Shown here: piece after piece, positions 26,268 to 38,780 of the stretch
Position numbering within the stretch: the stretch's first letter is position 1
Layout of the letters: each line of letters opens with the position of its first letter
Assembly (NCBI RefSeq): GCF_006345805.1
Contig: NC_043010.1
Span: 63,798,001 to 63,862,000 of the forward strand
DNA from: Octopus sinensis
Taxonomy: Eukaryota
Direction of reading: 5' to 3'
DNA: 64,000 bases
Notes under the pieces: generated by a model
The model's input: only the letters and a program-made list of their open reading frames with translations
The model's database searches: none
Told to the model about the DNA's origin: nothing
Translations under genes and position numbers: made by a program

Positions 26268-27290
26268 TGCGGGATACAAAGATGAAGCGTTGGAACAAAC
26301 AGTTAAAAGCTGCCGAATATTCACTCTATGGCGAGTCCTAGCCTCGTGTTGCTTAGTTTTTCCTTGGGGTTGGCCAGATTGGAGCAATCTCAAGGTTAAT
26401 CAGCTAAAATTGCGAGGATGATCTGGTTCTTGACTGAGGATAGACAGCTTCGAATGATGACCCATCCTTGTTATTTTTATATTTTATATCGTCTGTCTGG
26501 ATGTTTTGTTGTCCCTTTTTGTATCACCTGGTTGTCCGGATGTTTTGCGTTCTTGTCCCATTTTGTATTATATATATATATGCAAACCTACATACATCAT
26601 GCATGTACATACCTACGTATGTATATACACATGCATATATGGGTACAAGATGTCAAAAGAACATGAACAACATGAGAAACGAGAACATGAATAAACAAAA
26701 ACATGGAAAACGAACTTTTTTTTGAACTACGAAAGAAACAAATAGAGAAACTACACAGGCAACCTAAAGAACAATCCCTTCATCAGTGCCCTCTGTTTTA
26801 TCTACTCCGCATTTCGGACGTTTAGGGCAAGATGCATCTTCATCAAAACAGTCGTTCCTGCAAAGCAAATTAAATAAAATTTGGGATTTGCGGAGGGTTA
26901 ACGTAACAAAAACAGGACAGTAAGAACAAAGCAGCAAAAGCAAACGGTAAGGACTGTTTAGCCATAATGAAGTGAAGGGGTGAACACTGGAGAAACGAGC
27001 TTTGACAGGAGACAGGCAAAAATGTGTGTTGTCTCTTGTAGCGTAAGGAGGAGAAAGCAAGATAGCCGCTGGTCACGTGTGAGCAACGAGAGAGTCAAGG
27101 AGGAAGAGTGAGGGAGAGATAGAGAACGGTGAAGGGGAGGAGGAGAAATAGAGACAGGGTAGGAGAGAAAGAAAGAATAGAGGCAGATAGTAATATAAGT
27201 GCCGCATCAGAATTATTAAGATAAAACTTACTTGGAAATGGATGCATGGCGTTCGATCATATAATATAAAAATATAAATTATATATGTAT

Positions 27291-28349
27291 TGTTACGGAC
27301 CACCTGCCGTCGTCCGGTCGATCAGCGAATGTTCGCCACGGAAACTCGGAGAGAGAGACAACAACAACTACAACAGCAGCCGCAAGAAGAGATACAGAGG
27401 CAATCGAGAGAGACACAAAGAAGGCAATTGGCTCACATTTAACGTACTAGTTTATATGACTATTAATTATTACATCAAATATATATCAGATACATTTAAA
27501 GAGGACACGTCGAATTAAACAACTCAATACATCATACAGGTATACCACAGATCAAAGCATTTAAACTGTCCGGAGACAACAGTTCTGTTTCAAATCACAT
27601 TAACGTTACAGTTCAAAGGACATTAAAAGCATATACAGTTCAATGTTCGTTACACAGTTCTTTTCAACAACTCTGTACACAATGTCTTTACACAGTTCAC
27701 ATTGTTCTTTTTTTACTGTCTCATTTCTTTTACATTTCAATACATCGATTCTTTTTCCTTCTTTTTCTTCACATATCAATACACAATTCACGTACCTTAG
27801 TTCCTACTATAATAGCCAATGTCTCATACTGTACCCCATCTCTCTTAGCACTGCTAAATCCAACTTGCTAACCGCTTGCCTTGAATTCCAAATCCTCACC
27901 CCTAAATCCAACCGCTCGCCTTGACTACCAAATACCGACTGCCCAAAAACCTCTTGCTCTGTCACTACCCGCAATCTCTCTTAGCTCTGTCGCAATCACT
28001 CTCTCTCTCTCTTAGCTCTGCAATACTCTCTGCCTGTCTTCCTCTGCCCCTCATTCTCTCTCACTCTACTGTCATCTCTCATGACAGCTCCCAGATTCCT
28101 TAATCTGTCTTTCTCAGCCCTTCATCCTCTCACTCTACTGTATCTCTCATGACAAGCCCCCAGATTCCTTAATCTGTCTTTTTCGGCACTCAATATTTCT
28201 CTCACTGTCTCTCACACACTGAACTCTAATTCACCTGACGGGGTCGGGAAGTTTCCCCAGAGCTAATTAATCAACCCGCATCTGGCAGAACAATGGATTC
28301 ATTGCCAAATGTAGGTCGCCGTCAACGGTCCTCAAATTGAACCACAACA
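27291..28349. mobile_element. Possible solo LTR (duplicate at 47116-48174)
   Basis: TGTT...AACA termini, ~1.06 kb, embedded in a TA tract; no clean target-site duplication seen. Confidence 0.35.
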
Positions 28350-29279
28350 ATATATATATGTGCATACACACAGACATTTATTGGAATATAATGCGTTCGT
28401 ATATATATATATACACACACAGAGACATTTATTGGAATATAATGCGTTTGTATATATATAGTCACACACATACACACACATTTATTAGAATATAATGCGT
28501 CTGTATATATGATACATATATAATATAAAACCACATTATAAATAGAAATCTCAAATCGGGAGAAAAGATGGAAAAAGAGAAACTTTCTAGCTTAAAGTAA
28601 CATCATGTCTTTCATTGCCATCCACTGCCACTTCGTCTGTTGTTTTACTATTCTCTGCCTACAGCATGACCGAAACCAAGCGTTTTATTTCATAAGATGA
28701 CAATCTGTCCGTCATTCCCAATAGAAACATTATAGTGAAAGGCACTCGTGGTGCGACTTGCAATGTTGCAATTCGATATTGAAAGTCGAAACGTGAGGAG
28801 GGAATGTTGCACTTGTGAGGAGAGAAGGATTTGGTGAGCGGACAGGATTTGGAGGAGGAACAGGCATTGGTTGCATTGCCGCAAGGCAGCGTAAGCCTTG
28901 CTTGTTCGCAGATTGAGGAAGTGTTTTTGTAGAAGATGCATACACGCACGCACACACGCGCGCGGTATATATCGGTTCAAGGGAGATCACTTTCAGATCT
29001 GAGAATAACATTGTTTGGGAATGAGGTTAAAAAAATGTCCAATTACGTCGGTACTTATATACAAAGAGGAACAACTTTTTTGAAAATAATTATCTCTGTT
29101 TCAGCAGAGTTATATTCTCTAACTTCATTTTATGTTCATTTGGCTTTACTGTAGAAATTGTTGCGAAAATCCCTATATTTTTCCACGTTACATATCTGGT
29201 TTAATGAAATTTCGTTGGACAAGGTGGACCATCACCACACCCCACTTCCGTTTTTTTTTAAATATATAATCAAAACCTA

Positions 29280-30265
29280 GGCAGAGGTAAAGAAGACGCA
29301 GAACATTTAAAAAAATTCCTTGCCAAAGAGATGCAGATGAAACCTGATGAATGGGAAACCAAACTGAAAGAAAGATGGTTCTCTATCCTTCAGCAGATTG
29401 AATTTCAAGAACAATACTCCGAGTTGTTAATTTTGTGCCCGTTCTTAATTAGCACACCAGCACAAAATGCTAATGATGAGCGTGTCTTTTCGAGGATGAA
29501 TGTTCAGTGGACTGATGAACGAAATACGTTGGGTGTGGCTACTGTAGAAGCTATCTTACAATGCACATGGAACCTTAACGGTCAATATAAAGCATTTTAT
29601 AGGCATGTGTTAGAAAACAAGGACCTGTTAACAAAAGTGAACTATAACTGAAGGTAAAGGTTCAAGTTTAATTCTCATGCGGTCTGTTAAGAAAATTTTG
29701 CATGTAAGTTTATCAGTTTTGTTTCTTTGCACGTTCTCCATATGAAACACAACTTTTTAGTCTCTTTCTGTGTTTGGATTAAATAATAATTTTCTAATTT
29801 CTTTCCTTTGCATTTTTCTATTGTCTCTATTGAATAAGAATTTTGCAATGATTTCACTTTCTCAGTATTTCTCTTAGATATCTTTATTGCCGGTATTAAA
29901 TAATAATATTCAAATGCTTTCATACAAAAAGATTTTTTATTCATATTGTCTCTATTTGTCATTGAATAAAAAAAATTACAATGATTTCGATCTAACAGAA
30001 TTTTTTTGCCTATTTCTTTATTTCTGTATTAAAGAAATATTTTCAAATTATTTCACTTTAACAGAATTTTTTTAAAGCTTGTATTAAATGATTTTGAAAT
30101 GATTTTACTTTTGTTTTTCTCATAACCCATTAAAATAATTGCTTTATGTTTTTAACCCTTGTCTCTACTTTTATATAATATATTGTTCTGGGTGTGTCGG
30201 CATGCATAAATTTATATATAGAGAGCTATTTAAAAATGTTCCATATTTCTAATCTGGCAACCCTA
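29280..30265 (+). mobile_element. hAT transposon 3' remnant (dimerisation domain and right TIR)
   Basis: ORF 29331-29651 W...YSEL..L..LISTPAQNANDERVFSRMN..WTDERN.L; element ends TCTGGCAACCCTA (reverse complement of TAGGGTTGCCAGA). Confidence 0.8.
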
Positions 30266-30761
30266 GTTAAGTGTGGGGTTTTTGTTGCGTTGCAACTAGA
30301 AAACGATTAGAAAATATCAATTTGTTCATATTGAACAAAAGGGATGTACTCTTTCCAGTGTGTGTCAGTGCTTTGTGTCTATAAATCAGAATGTTGGATC
30401 AGCGCCAGCGTCAGAGCGTCGGATATGTTATGCAGTATTTCATCCGACTCTCTTTGGTCTGTGTTGAATCTCGTCAATATAAACCTTACGTTTCATCTCT
30501 CCAGAGGCGATGAAATAAAATATCAGTCAAATACGTGGTTCCGTATAAGCGATTCCTCCCGCCACAGTTTTCAGATAGTGCGCATATATTAAAGACAGTT
30601 ATGTTATATAATTGCATATAACTGAATGTTACAGTGAATTGATACGTTATCTATTTTATAGATTTAATAAAAGTTAATTATATTTTAATAATATTTATTT
30701 AGGAACACAAAAGTTTGAAAAAAAATCGTTTTTAAAGAGAAGAAAAGGGTCATTTAATTTG

Positions 30762-31155
30762 TACTCTCTTACTCTTCTACTTGTTTCAGTCATTTGACTG
30801 CGATCATGCTGGAGCACCACCTTTAGTCGAATAAATCGACCCAGGACTTATTCTTTGTAAGCCTAGTACTTATTCTATTAGTCACTTTTTGCTGAACCGC
30901 TAAGTTACGGGGACGTTAACACACCAGCATCGGTTATCGAGCGGTGGTGGGAGGACAAACACACACAAACAACAAACTCATACATATACGACGGGCTTCT
31001 TTCAGTTTCCGTCTACCAAATCCCCTCACAAGGCTTTGATAAGCCCAAGGCTAAAGTAGAAGACACTTGCCCAAGGTGCCACACTGTGGGACTGAACCCA
31101 GAACCATGTGGTTGGGAAGCAGGCTTTTTGCCACACAACCACTCCTGCACCTATG
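30762..31155 (-). mobile_element. tRNA-derived SINE upstream of copy B
   Basis: Reverse complement of the family at 10738. Confidence 0.75.
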
Positions 31156-31497
31156 TAATTTAGAAATTCACTCAGAAACTAAAAGTTTTAGCTTCTCTAA
31201 AATCGATTAAACTGAAAGTCGGAATGCATGGACATAATTATGTTTATTTGAATTAACTTTAATACACGTTTATACTTTGGGCTTAACGACAGTTCTTGCG
31301 TTATAACACCGAGCTGAGCACAAGTTGTATGATACGGAAATGAAATTTATACGCGAAAGTGACCCACATTACAGCATTTTCGAGCGTCAACACATTCAGT
31401 GTGCATGCGCAGACGTCGCTGCATAAAGAAGTTGAACGGCAAACTTTTTTAGTGTATCCACGTAGAAAACTGACTGTCTAATCATACTCAGAGCACG

Positions 31498-32154
31498 ATG
31501 GCTAACAAACAGCAGCTCAGGAACTCAATTAAAATTCAGAAATGTCAGGTGGTACTTGTGGACGGGCTTGATGGTGTGACAGTAACAAAGATTGTTGATC
31601 ATTTTTTATCTCAATTAGTTATCAATGACGAGGAAAAGAATGCAATTCAAGCAAAAGAGACTGAACAAGAAAAAGCTCGGAAATTACTAGACGTTATTCG
31701 CCCCAAAGTGAAAAGCCAGGATAAACAGAATAAGTCAGAATTATTCAATGGATTTGTGGAATGTCTAAGAGAACATAACCCGAGTTTAGCAACAGCCGTG
31801 GAAATTGCTGATGACAGTGTGCCGAATGACGAACTTGACATAGATAATATCCTTGAACGTGTTAAAAATATAGATTTGAATGAGAAAATGTTAAATCGTA
31901 TTTTGATGCGTATGGGCTCTGGATGGGAATCTGTTGCTTCTGAATTAGGTATAGAGAGCATAAAAATTGATAATGTTAGGCAAGACAACCCATACTGCAC
32001 ACATAACCAGAAGTTTGAGGCATTTAATTCCTGGAGAAAAAAACAAGCCCATGGGCGTGGTGCATTAAAAAAACTTATAAAAGCCATCTATTACTGTTCT
32101 GTTAATTGCAATGTAAACATGAATAAAATACTTGAATGTATTGAAGACCCTTAA
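31498..32154 (+). CDS. CARD + death domain adaptor, copy B, 218 aa
   Basis: Colinear without gaps with copy A (about 75% amino-acid identity by hand count); intact ORF. Confidence 0.9.
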   Translation: MANKQQLRNSIKIQKCQVVLVDGLDGVTVTKIVDHFLSQLVINDEEKNAIQAKETEQEKARKLLDVIRPKVKSQDKQNKSELFNGFVECLREHNPSLATAVEIADDSVPNDELDIDNILERVKNIDLNEKMLNRILMRMGSGWESVASELGIESIKIDNVRQDNPYCTHNQKFEAFNSWRKKQAHGRGALKKLIKAIYYCSVNCNVNMNKILECIEDP

Positions 32155-34425
32155 AAAGAAAAGAAGGAAGAATAACGCGCAGTTTTTACAATGTTGTATG
32201 TTAATATATTAAAAAAAATACAGTTTTTCCGATACACTTTTTGATATGGACATAAAGAATCGACACTTCAAAAATGAAATTATCCTACACTAAACGGCAT
32301 AATTCTTGCGTTGTGGACTGATATTAAACATCGACATGCGAAAAGTGAAATAATGCATTATCAACAGACATTATATTTCAATTATTGAATCCTTTTCAAC
32401 GGACAGATTACTTTCGACTTTCACTTTGGGAAGTTGCCGTCTTAAAGTAACATCATGTCAAACGCGGAAGTATGCGACTCTTTCCTTCATTATTTTTATT
32501 GTCGACTAAAACTCTTCACTTTTTGATGTTTACATAAAATTTTTCTATGATAAAAATATATATTATTTTGCTTTAGTATCAACCGCTATAATTTCATTTA
32601 ATTCTATACATATTTTATAACCCTAAATTTAATAGAAATGAAGACTGTCTTATTTAGAGGTAACTCTCTAAGGAAACAACGAACTTCAACGCAATGATAT
32701 AACATTTTGGAACTTATTCTGGGCGATCCATCGGTATAGGTACACACGTGACTTTGTTTAGATTTCTGAAGATAAGAGAAACCCTTTTCTCCCACCACTA
32801 ACCCTAACACAAACTCTAAAAAAAAAACAACACTTTCTTGAAATGTATCCGGTATTTATACCGAAGTTATGCTATTATTCTGTATTGTTGATAATAAACT
32901 TGCTGAAATGGTAAGGATGTAGTTGGATGAATCTGAATTTTCAACCAAAATGAATGAAGGTTTACTTTGTGTGTTTGTAGTGTATGATAAAGATAGAAAG
33001 GCGTGTTACGTGATGGATATTAATGATAAGGTGGTTCTGCAACATTAAAACCAACCTTTCAGCAATGAATTTCCTTTAGAATACAGACATGTATATATGA
33101 TGGATTTAACTGTGCTGGATAGCTACAGAAGGCGCCCTATCGATTTAGATTTTCCCTATACCTTTCTTAAAACGCACATCTTTAATGGCATTTTCTAGAA
33201 ATACGTATTCAATAGTGTTGATTGCGAATAAATTTATTGTTAAAAAAATTGTTAAGACCATTGTAAGATATAACGTATCTCTTGAAAATTTCGTTAAACG
33301 TATGATTTTAACAAAGTTCGGTGGAAAGCGCAAAAGAAAACGAAACAACTTGTTTTACATCCACCAGAAAAACCCCTTTATATTTAATTTTTAATTATTC
33401 TTTTTAATGAAAACCTCCGTTTTCGGGTACAGAGTATACGAATCTGGAAAAAAGAAAAAAAAGTGTCCAAAATTGGCATTTCAGAATTTCAGTTCCCAGC
33501 AATTTTTCCATTAATCACATTTTTCAGAATTAAAAAAACTTTTAAATTATTATTTTCTTTACTTTTTTTTTACCAAATGTGTGAAAAAATACGGAGATTA
33601 TGATTCTCAAAAAAATTTTTGTAAAATTTCAAAAAAAAACCCCAAATATTACCCCCGTCCCCCTCGCAGTTTACAGCATAAACTAGAAGTTTTGAAACCC
33701 CTTTTGTCATTGCACATGCGTTGACTGCTACTTGAAAAGAGATACTTTGGAAGTTGTGCGGTGATGGGGGGGGGGGCGATATGCGGAAAAGGTTTTTAAA
33801 ATTCTTAAAATTTTATTTTCGGTTTTAAAATGCGGACGGCCCGAATCTGTTGTTCGTTTCCCTTTACCATTTCGAAAGAACTTTTTAAATATTTCGAAAT
33901 CAAAATTGGTTGCACATGGTGGATATGTAACCCATCCGCTTCCTGTACATTAAATTTGCCTTCAATCAGTCTATCCACATGCTAGAAATAACAGCCAGTT
34001 CTCACACAAACTCTTATTCGCACATATTTTTTAATAAAAGTTTTTGCATATACGCCTAGGAGTCGATTGGGGATGAGCTTCGACAAAACTGCCATACTGG
34101 CCGGTTTTGTTTCTTGGCGATAAAATTTCAGAGAAATTTTCTGCATTAAAAAAAGGTATTATAAAAAAGTTAAAATAATAACTTATTGCCAGGTACTTGG
34201 GCATCTAGCCTAAGAAATGCATTGCCTATCTTGTAAAACTATACTGAGCCAAATTTAGAAAGTGAAGTGGGCCGCAAGATCTCACTCAGTGCGTAGGTTT
34301 CTGTGCAACAAGAAAAGTTGTAAGAAGTCGGCGAAAAACCAAATACCACTTCGGAAAGGAACTTGGTTTGGTCATAGCAATTTGTCTGGCAAAATGTTAA
34401 AATAAAGTGTTCATTTTTCATTTGT

Positions 34426-35206
34426 TCTTAAAGAGTTGTTAAAGGAAACCCTCATTGCATGCTAGAAGCAGGTATGGCTGAGTGCGTCCAGGACTATGAG
34501 AGATTCTCACCTGAAGATATTCAGCATGAGACTGTCAGCAATTCAGTGAAACTGGGAAAGGTTTTGATGACATCACACAAGAAGAGGTCAACGATATGTT
34601 GGATTTAACGAAGTCTGCCAGCAAAGTGGAGGCAGAAGCGCCAGATCCAGAGGAAGAGGAGGATGTGGTGGGCCTGGCAATTGAACATCTATCTGACCTT
34701 TTAAGGACAGCAAAGGAATTGCAAGGGAAGGCTGAAACAGGGGATCCCTATATGGTTCGGTCTCTCCAATTTAAAAAAGCTGTCGATGTGGCTATGCAGA
34801 CATATAAAACACTCCTCACCATCTTGAAGAAACAACGACACCAACTTCCCATTACAACGTTCCTCAAACTCACCAAGAAAACCTTGCATGAAGATACGAT
34901 ATCCCCTAAAACATCTCAAGAAGGGACGTCACCAGAAGAGCTTTAAATGTTTGCTGTGCAGTAATTACCTTTATTATTTTCATCGTCGTCTTAAATCAGT
35001 ATCATTCATTATTGGTGAGTAAACATACATTTTACATCATTCTTAATTAAATCATTATTAAATATTATGTGCAGGTGTGTGTGTAATATTTTAAGTTATA
35101 TTTTGACATTTATAGGCATTTTATAGACCACATCCGATATTCACGCATTTTCAGTATTTGTGGGAGCTCGGGGAATGTAACAAGCATGAACACCGGGGGA
35201 TGACTG
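34426..35206 (+). mobile_element. Tigger/pogo-like transposon 3' portion with TIR
   Basis: Near-identical to 63728-64000; ORF 34596-34946 resembles a transposase C-terminus; ends CGGGGGATGACTG followed by TA. Confidence 0.75.
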
Positions 35207-36514
35207 TAATAATTGTGATTTATTTTACATTAAATTAGATTGTTTTGTTTTTTTGCTTTTTTTTTTATTTACAATTGAATAATCAAAAATCAACTGAGCT
35301 CTTTGATGAGTTTAGCCAAATCAACAGGTGTTGTGCCTTTAGACACACCTGATATCTTAATTGATTTTGCATCTAAATATTATCTTGTTAATTTTGATAT
35401 GATTTCCACATATCACCTATAATGGTGGGCCCTGGATGAAAATGTTTACCAATTACTGAGAGTAGTTGAGATTCTATTTACAAACTCAGTTAATAATCCA
35501 CTACCTGTTACAAGTCAAACCATTCGTAAACCCATTGCTCTACAATAATACTTGCATTCTGGAAACAGATGTACATCAATTTTGGCCAGAACATTTTCAG
35601 CATTTCATTGAATTGGAATGGCCATCAAAGTTTCTAGTGTTAGCTTTGTAGCCAATATCTAATTCACGATATGTCTAGTTTGAGTTAATATTTACTTTTA
35701 CTCTTGGCCACCAAAACAAAAACAAAAAAAAAAGTGTATTAAATGAATATGGAAACAAACATTTGCGCCAGCGAATCGGAGGTTGGGAGAGGGCTTTCTG
35801 AAAAATTCACATGATCCGACTTTTTCCCTCATAACTTTTAGGAAAATGGACAGATTTTAATGAAATTTTATATAAATACCTTTCCAATGGCATAGTATAT
35901 GATTATAATGAAATTTGTGGGTGAAAGTTTTTTCAAAGGGGTGGGCAGAAGACTTTCAAAGAGAAAGAAATTCATAAACCATTTTTTTGCTTGAGTGTAA
36001 TGGAAAAAAGTTTGAAAAATAATTTTTTAGATTCCTTTATAAATTTATATATACACGGTGCCCCAGCATGGCCACAGCTCAAGAGCTGAAACTGGAAAAA
36101 ACAAAAAACAAAAAACAAAAAAAAAAAAAAAACACACAGTGTATCACACTAGTATTATTTGGGGCCAGTGATGACAGATCAAAGATATATATACAAGGGA
36201 CTGAACATACATTTTAATGCAGCACTCTTTTTAAATCATTGCTATAGTAACCATACACATTGTTTATTTAAACAGGATTATTTTGAAGGTTGTGAGCCAA
36301 CATAGCCTCATTGAAATTAGGTTACTTCCTGGTCTCTCTCTCGTTATTGTAGTTTAGATTACTGTATCTAGTAGTAATACAAGCTAAAGTTTTCAAAACC
36401 TGGATTGTTTCTACTCTCTGCTCAATCTCACATTCGTGCTATGCACATATAAGAAGCAAGGAAGATTGTTTTGTATGTATTTTTGGAAAAAAACTGCGTC
36501 CAGTAGTTATCTCG

Positions 36515-36830
36515 ATGGTTTTGTTGTGTTGTTTATCGCAGGGTTATGAAAGCCCTAAGATTCCACCCAAAAGCCCTACACCTTCGAAGGTTTCTGGCAG
36601 AGAACCTAAGCACCAGAAAGAGGTTAGGATGCTCCCTGAGAAGGTACAACAGCTAGATATGCTCTGGGAAAGTAAAAGTTATGCAGCAGTAGGCCACTAT
36701 TATGGGGTTAATGAAAGTACCATATGCTACAGAAAGAAGATCGAGGTAGCGATCAGGACTATCGTAGCAGTAAGTTTCTGTGAAAGTGCCCAAAGATAAC
36801 GATAGAGAGAAATAAGCAGTTCGTGAGGAT
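36515..36830 (+). mobile_element. Tigger-like transposase N-terminal HTH remnant
   Basis: EKVQQLDML..KSYAAVGHYYGVNESTI; copies at ~60800 and ~62525. Confidence 0.75.
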
Positions 36831-37171
36831 TAAATCCTTTAAAATATTTATAATAAATATCATTTCGTAGTGTAACATGGCAACAAAAAAAAACAGCAAA
36901 AAACATATACAGGGTTATTTGAAGTTAACACGGGCTGTGATTGGTGCAATGGAAAGAGACGATGAATCGCAGCTTTCTATTTTGTAATCTGGCCTGTGAC
37001 TGGTGCTTTGACCGATGCTCAGATCCGCAGCACATTCCGCTGGTCCCCCCCTCTCCCTCTCTCTCGCGGCCATTTGGCTCCAGGCTTTCTCGGTGAGTGA
37101 TTTACTGTACTACTTTACGCTGTGCTGTGTGTGATCTTTGTTGTTGTTTCTTTGCGTTTTCATCTTCTGTA

Positions 37172-37460
37172 ATGGCTCCCAAGCATGCTGCTTCTTCCAA
37201 GGCTGGTACGGAGCCTGAACGCAAACGAAGAATAATGACGATCGCTGAGAAGGTGAAACTTCTGGATGTGTTGAAGATGGACGAGGCTAACATCAGGAAG
37301 ACGGCTGCCATCACCTTTTAATAAGTCGGCGAAGAGAGTGGTTACGGCTCGTAATAAAACTATCATCCGTTTGGAAGCTGCTTTGGCCGTATGGATAGCC
37401 AAGTGCCGAAAGAAAAACATAGCCTTGGATACGAACATCATTAAAACAAAAGCAAGGAGC
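37172..37460 (+). mobile_element. Second Tigger-like transposase fragment, internally deleted
   Basis: MAPK...RKRRIMTIAEKVKLLDVLK, then a CENP-B-like LEAALAVWIAKCRKKNIALDTNIIKTKA after a frameshift. Confidence 0.75.
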
Positions 37461-38225
37461 TTTCCTTCATTATTTTTATTGTCGACTAAAACCCTTCACT
37501 TTTTGATATTTACATAAAATTTTTCTATGATAAAAATATATATTATTTTGCTTTAGTATCAACCGCTATAATTTCATTTAATTCTATACATTTAAAATAT
37601 ATTTTATAACCCTAAATTTAATAGAAATGAAGACTGTCGTTGTTTGGTAATGGAAGATCTGATTATGAAAAGAAGCTTTTAAAAAAAACCCACTTTAATT
37701 TCACATGAATTACTTTGTCATATTACTATGGGAAATTACTTTGAAAAAAATCTTTGCAGAAAGATGAGTCAAATGATTGCATTGTTATCGCAGTTTGGAG
37801 AGGTTTGGCTGTTATTTCTAGCATGTGGATAGCCTGGTTGAAAATGTCCCTTGTTTAAGAAACATATTGGGTTTATTTACATTTCTGAAGCATCCAACTA
37901 GGCCATCATGATGCTGGTTATTAGAGAAGTTGTGGGCCGAATCTGATGGTAGAAAAGCTAGGACTGGAGAAAGAGAGATACGAGTTAACTTTCCTAGAAT
38001 GTTAGCATCCAACTAGGCCATTTCGAAGCAAATGTACAATATTAGAAAAATTGGGGAAGTAAACCCCCGAAAAGAACAAAATTTGAAATTGAAGAGTTTT
38101 GAGATTCACCCAATCAGGAAACAGTTCTTTTCTGCTTATATGGAAAAATATAAAACGTGCAGGCACATGCGTAGTTGTGTAGTTAAGAAATTCAACCGCC
38201 AACATTTTACAAACAGACACGGAGC

Positions 38226-38780
38226 ATGATGGCTGCCTTACAGCAAATGTCGAACGCAAAGATAATTCAGCGATATTATGAGGTTCTTGTGAATAGTTTA
38301 GATAGTGTGGGTATAAAAAAGATTATTGATCGTCTTTTGAGTCATTCATTAATTTTGATCGAGAACAAGAATGAGATTCAAACAGAAAAAACCCCCGAAG
38401 ATAAATCTCGGAAATTACTCGATATCATTTTAAATCAAGTGAGAACCGAGGACAATGAGAATAAGTCGGAATTTTTTGACGAATTCATGAAAGTTCTAAA
38501 TGAAGTCGACAAAAATTTGGCATCATCCATGAAGAAGGAAGCTGAGGAGAAAGCTAAGAAGGAAGCTGAGGAGAAAGCTAAGAAGGAAGCTGAGGAGAAA
38601 GCTAAGAAGGAAGCTGAGGAGAAAGCTAAGAAAGAAGCTGAGGAGAAAGCTAAGAAGGAAGCTGAGGAGAAAGCTAAGAAGGAAGCTGAGGAGAAAGCTA
38701 AGAAGGAAGCTGAGGAGAAAGCTAAGAAAGAAGCTGAAGAGAAAGCTGAGGAGGAAGAAACACTCGCGGCCCTAATGTGA
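38226..38780 (+). CDS. CARD-only paralog with a (KKEAEEKA)9 charged tail, 184 aa (copy D)
   Basis: First ~102 aa align to the family CARD (LVNSLD..IIDRLLS..IQTEKTPEDKSRKLLD..F.EFMKVL); shares upstream and downstream flanks with the other copies. Confidence 0.75.
   Translation: MMAALQQMSNAKIIQRYYEVLVNSLDSVGIKKIIDRLLSHSLILIENKNEIQTEKTPEDKSRKLLDIILNQVRTEDNENKSEFFDEFMKVLNEVDKNLASSMKKEAEEKAKKEAEEKAKKEAEEKAKKEAEEKAKKEAEEKAKKEAEEKAKKEAEEKAKKEAEEKAKKEAEEKAEEEETLAALM
38532..38747 (+). repeat. In-frame 24 bp minisatellite, 9 units
   Basis: AAGAAGGAAGCTGAGGAGAAAGCT; units 5 and 9 carry the AAGAAAGAA variant. Confidence 0.95.

Larger units (their letters stand above)
26268..34428 (+). repeat. Segmental duplication, copy 1 (partner 46093-54239)
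   Basis: Identical ORF calls at a constant offset of 19,825 from 26418/46243 through 31498/51323; similarity continues with small indels to 34428/54239. Confidence 0.95.

Noticed and set aside
20211-26285. Many long Y/I/C/M/V-rich ORFs
   Set aside because: Translations of the TA/TATG microsatellite.
26770-26825. Possible hammerhead on the minus strand (GAAA...CUGAUGA)
   Set aside because: Could not build convincing stems by eye.
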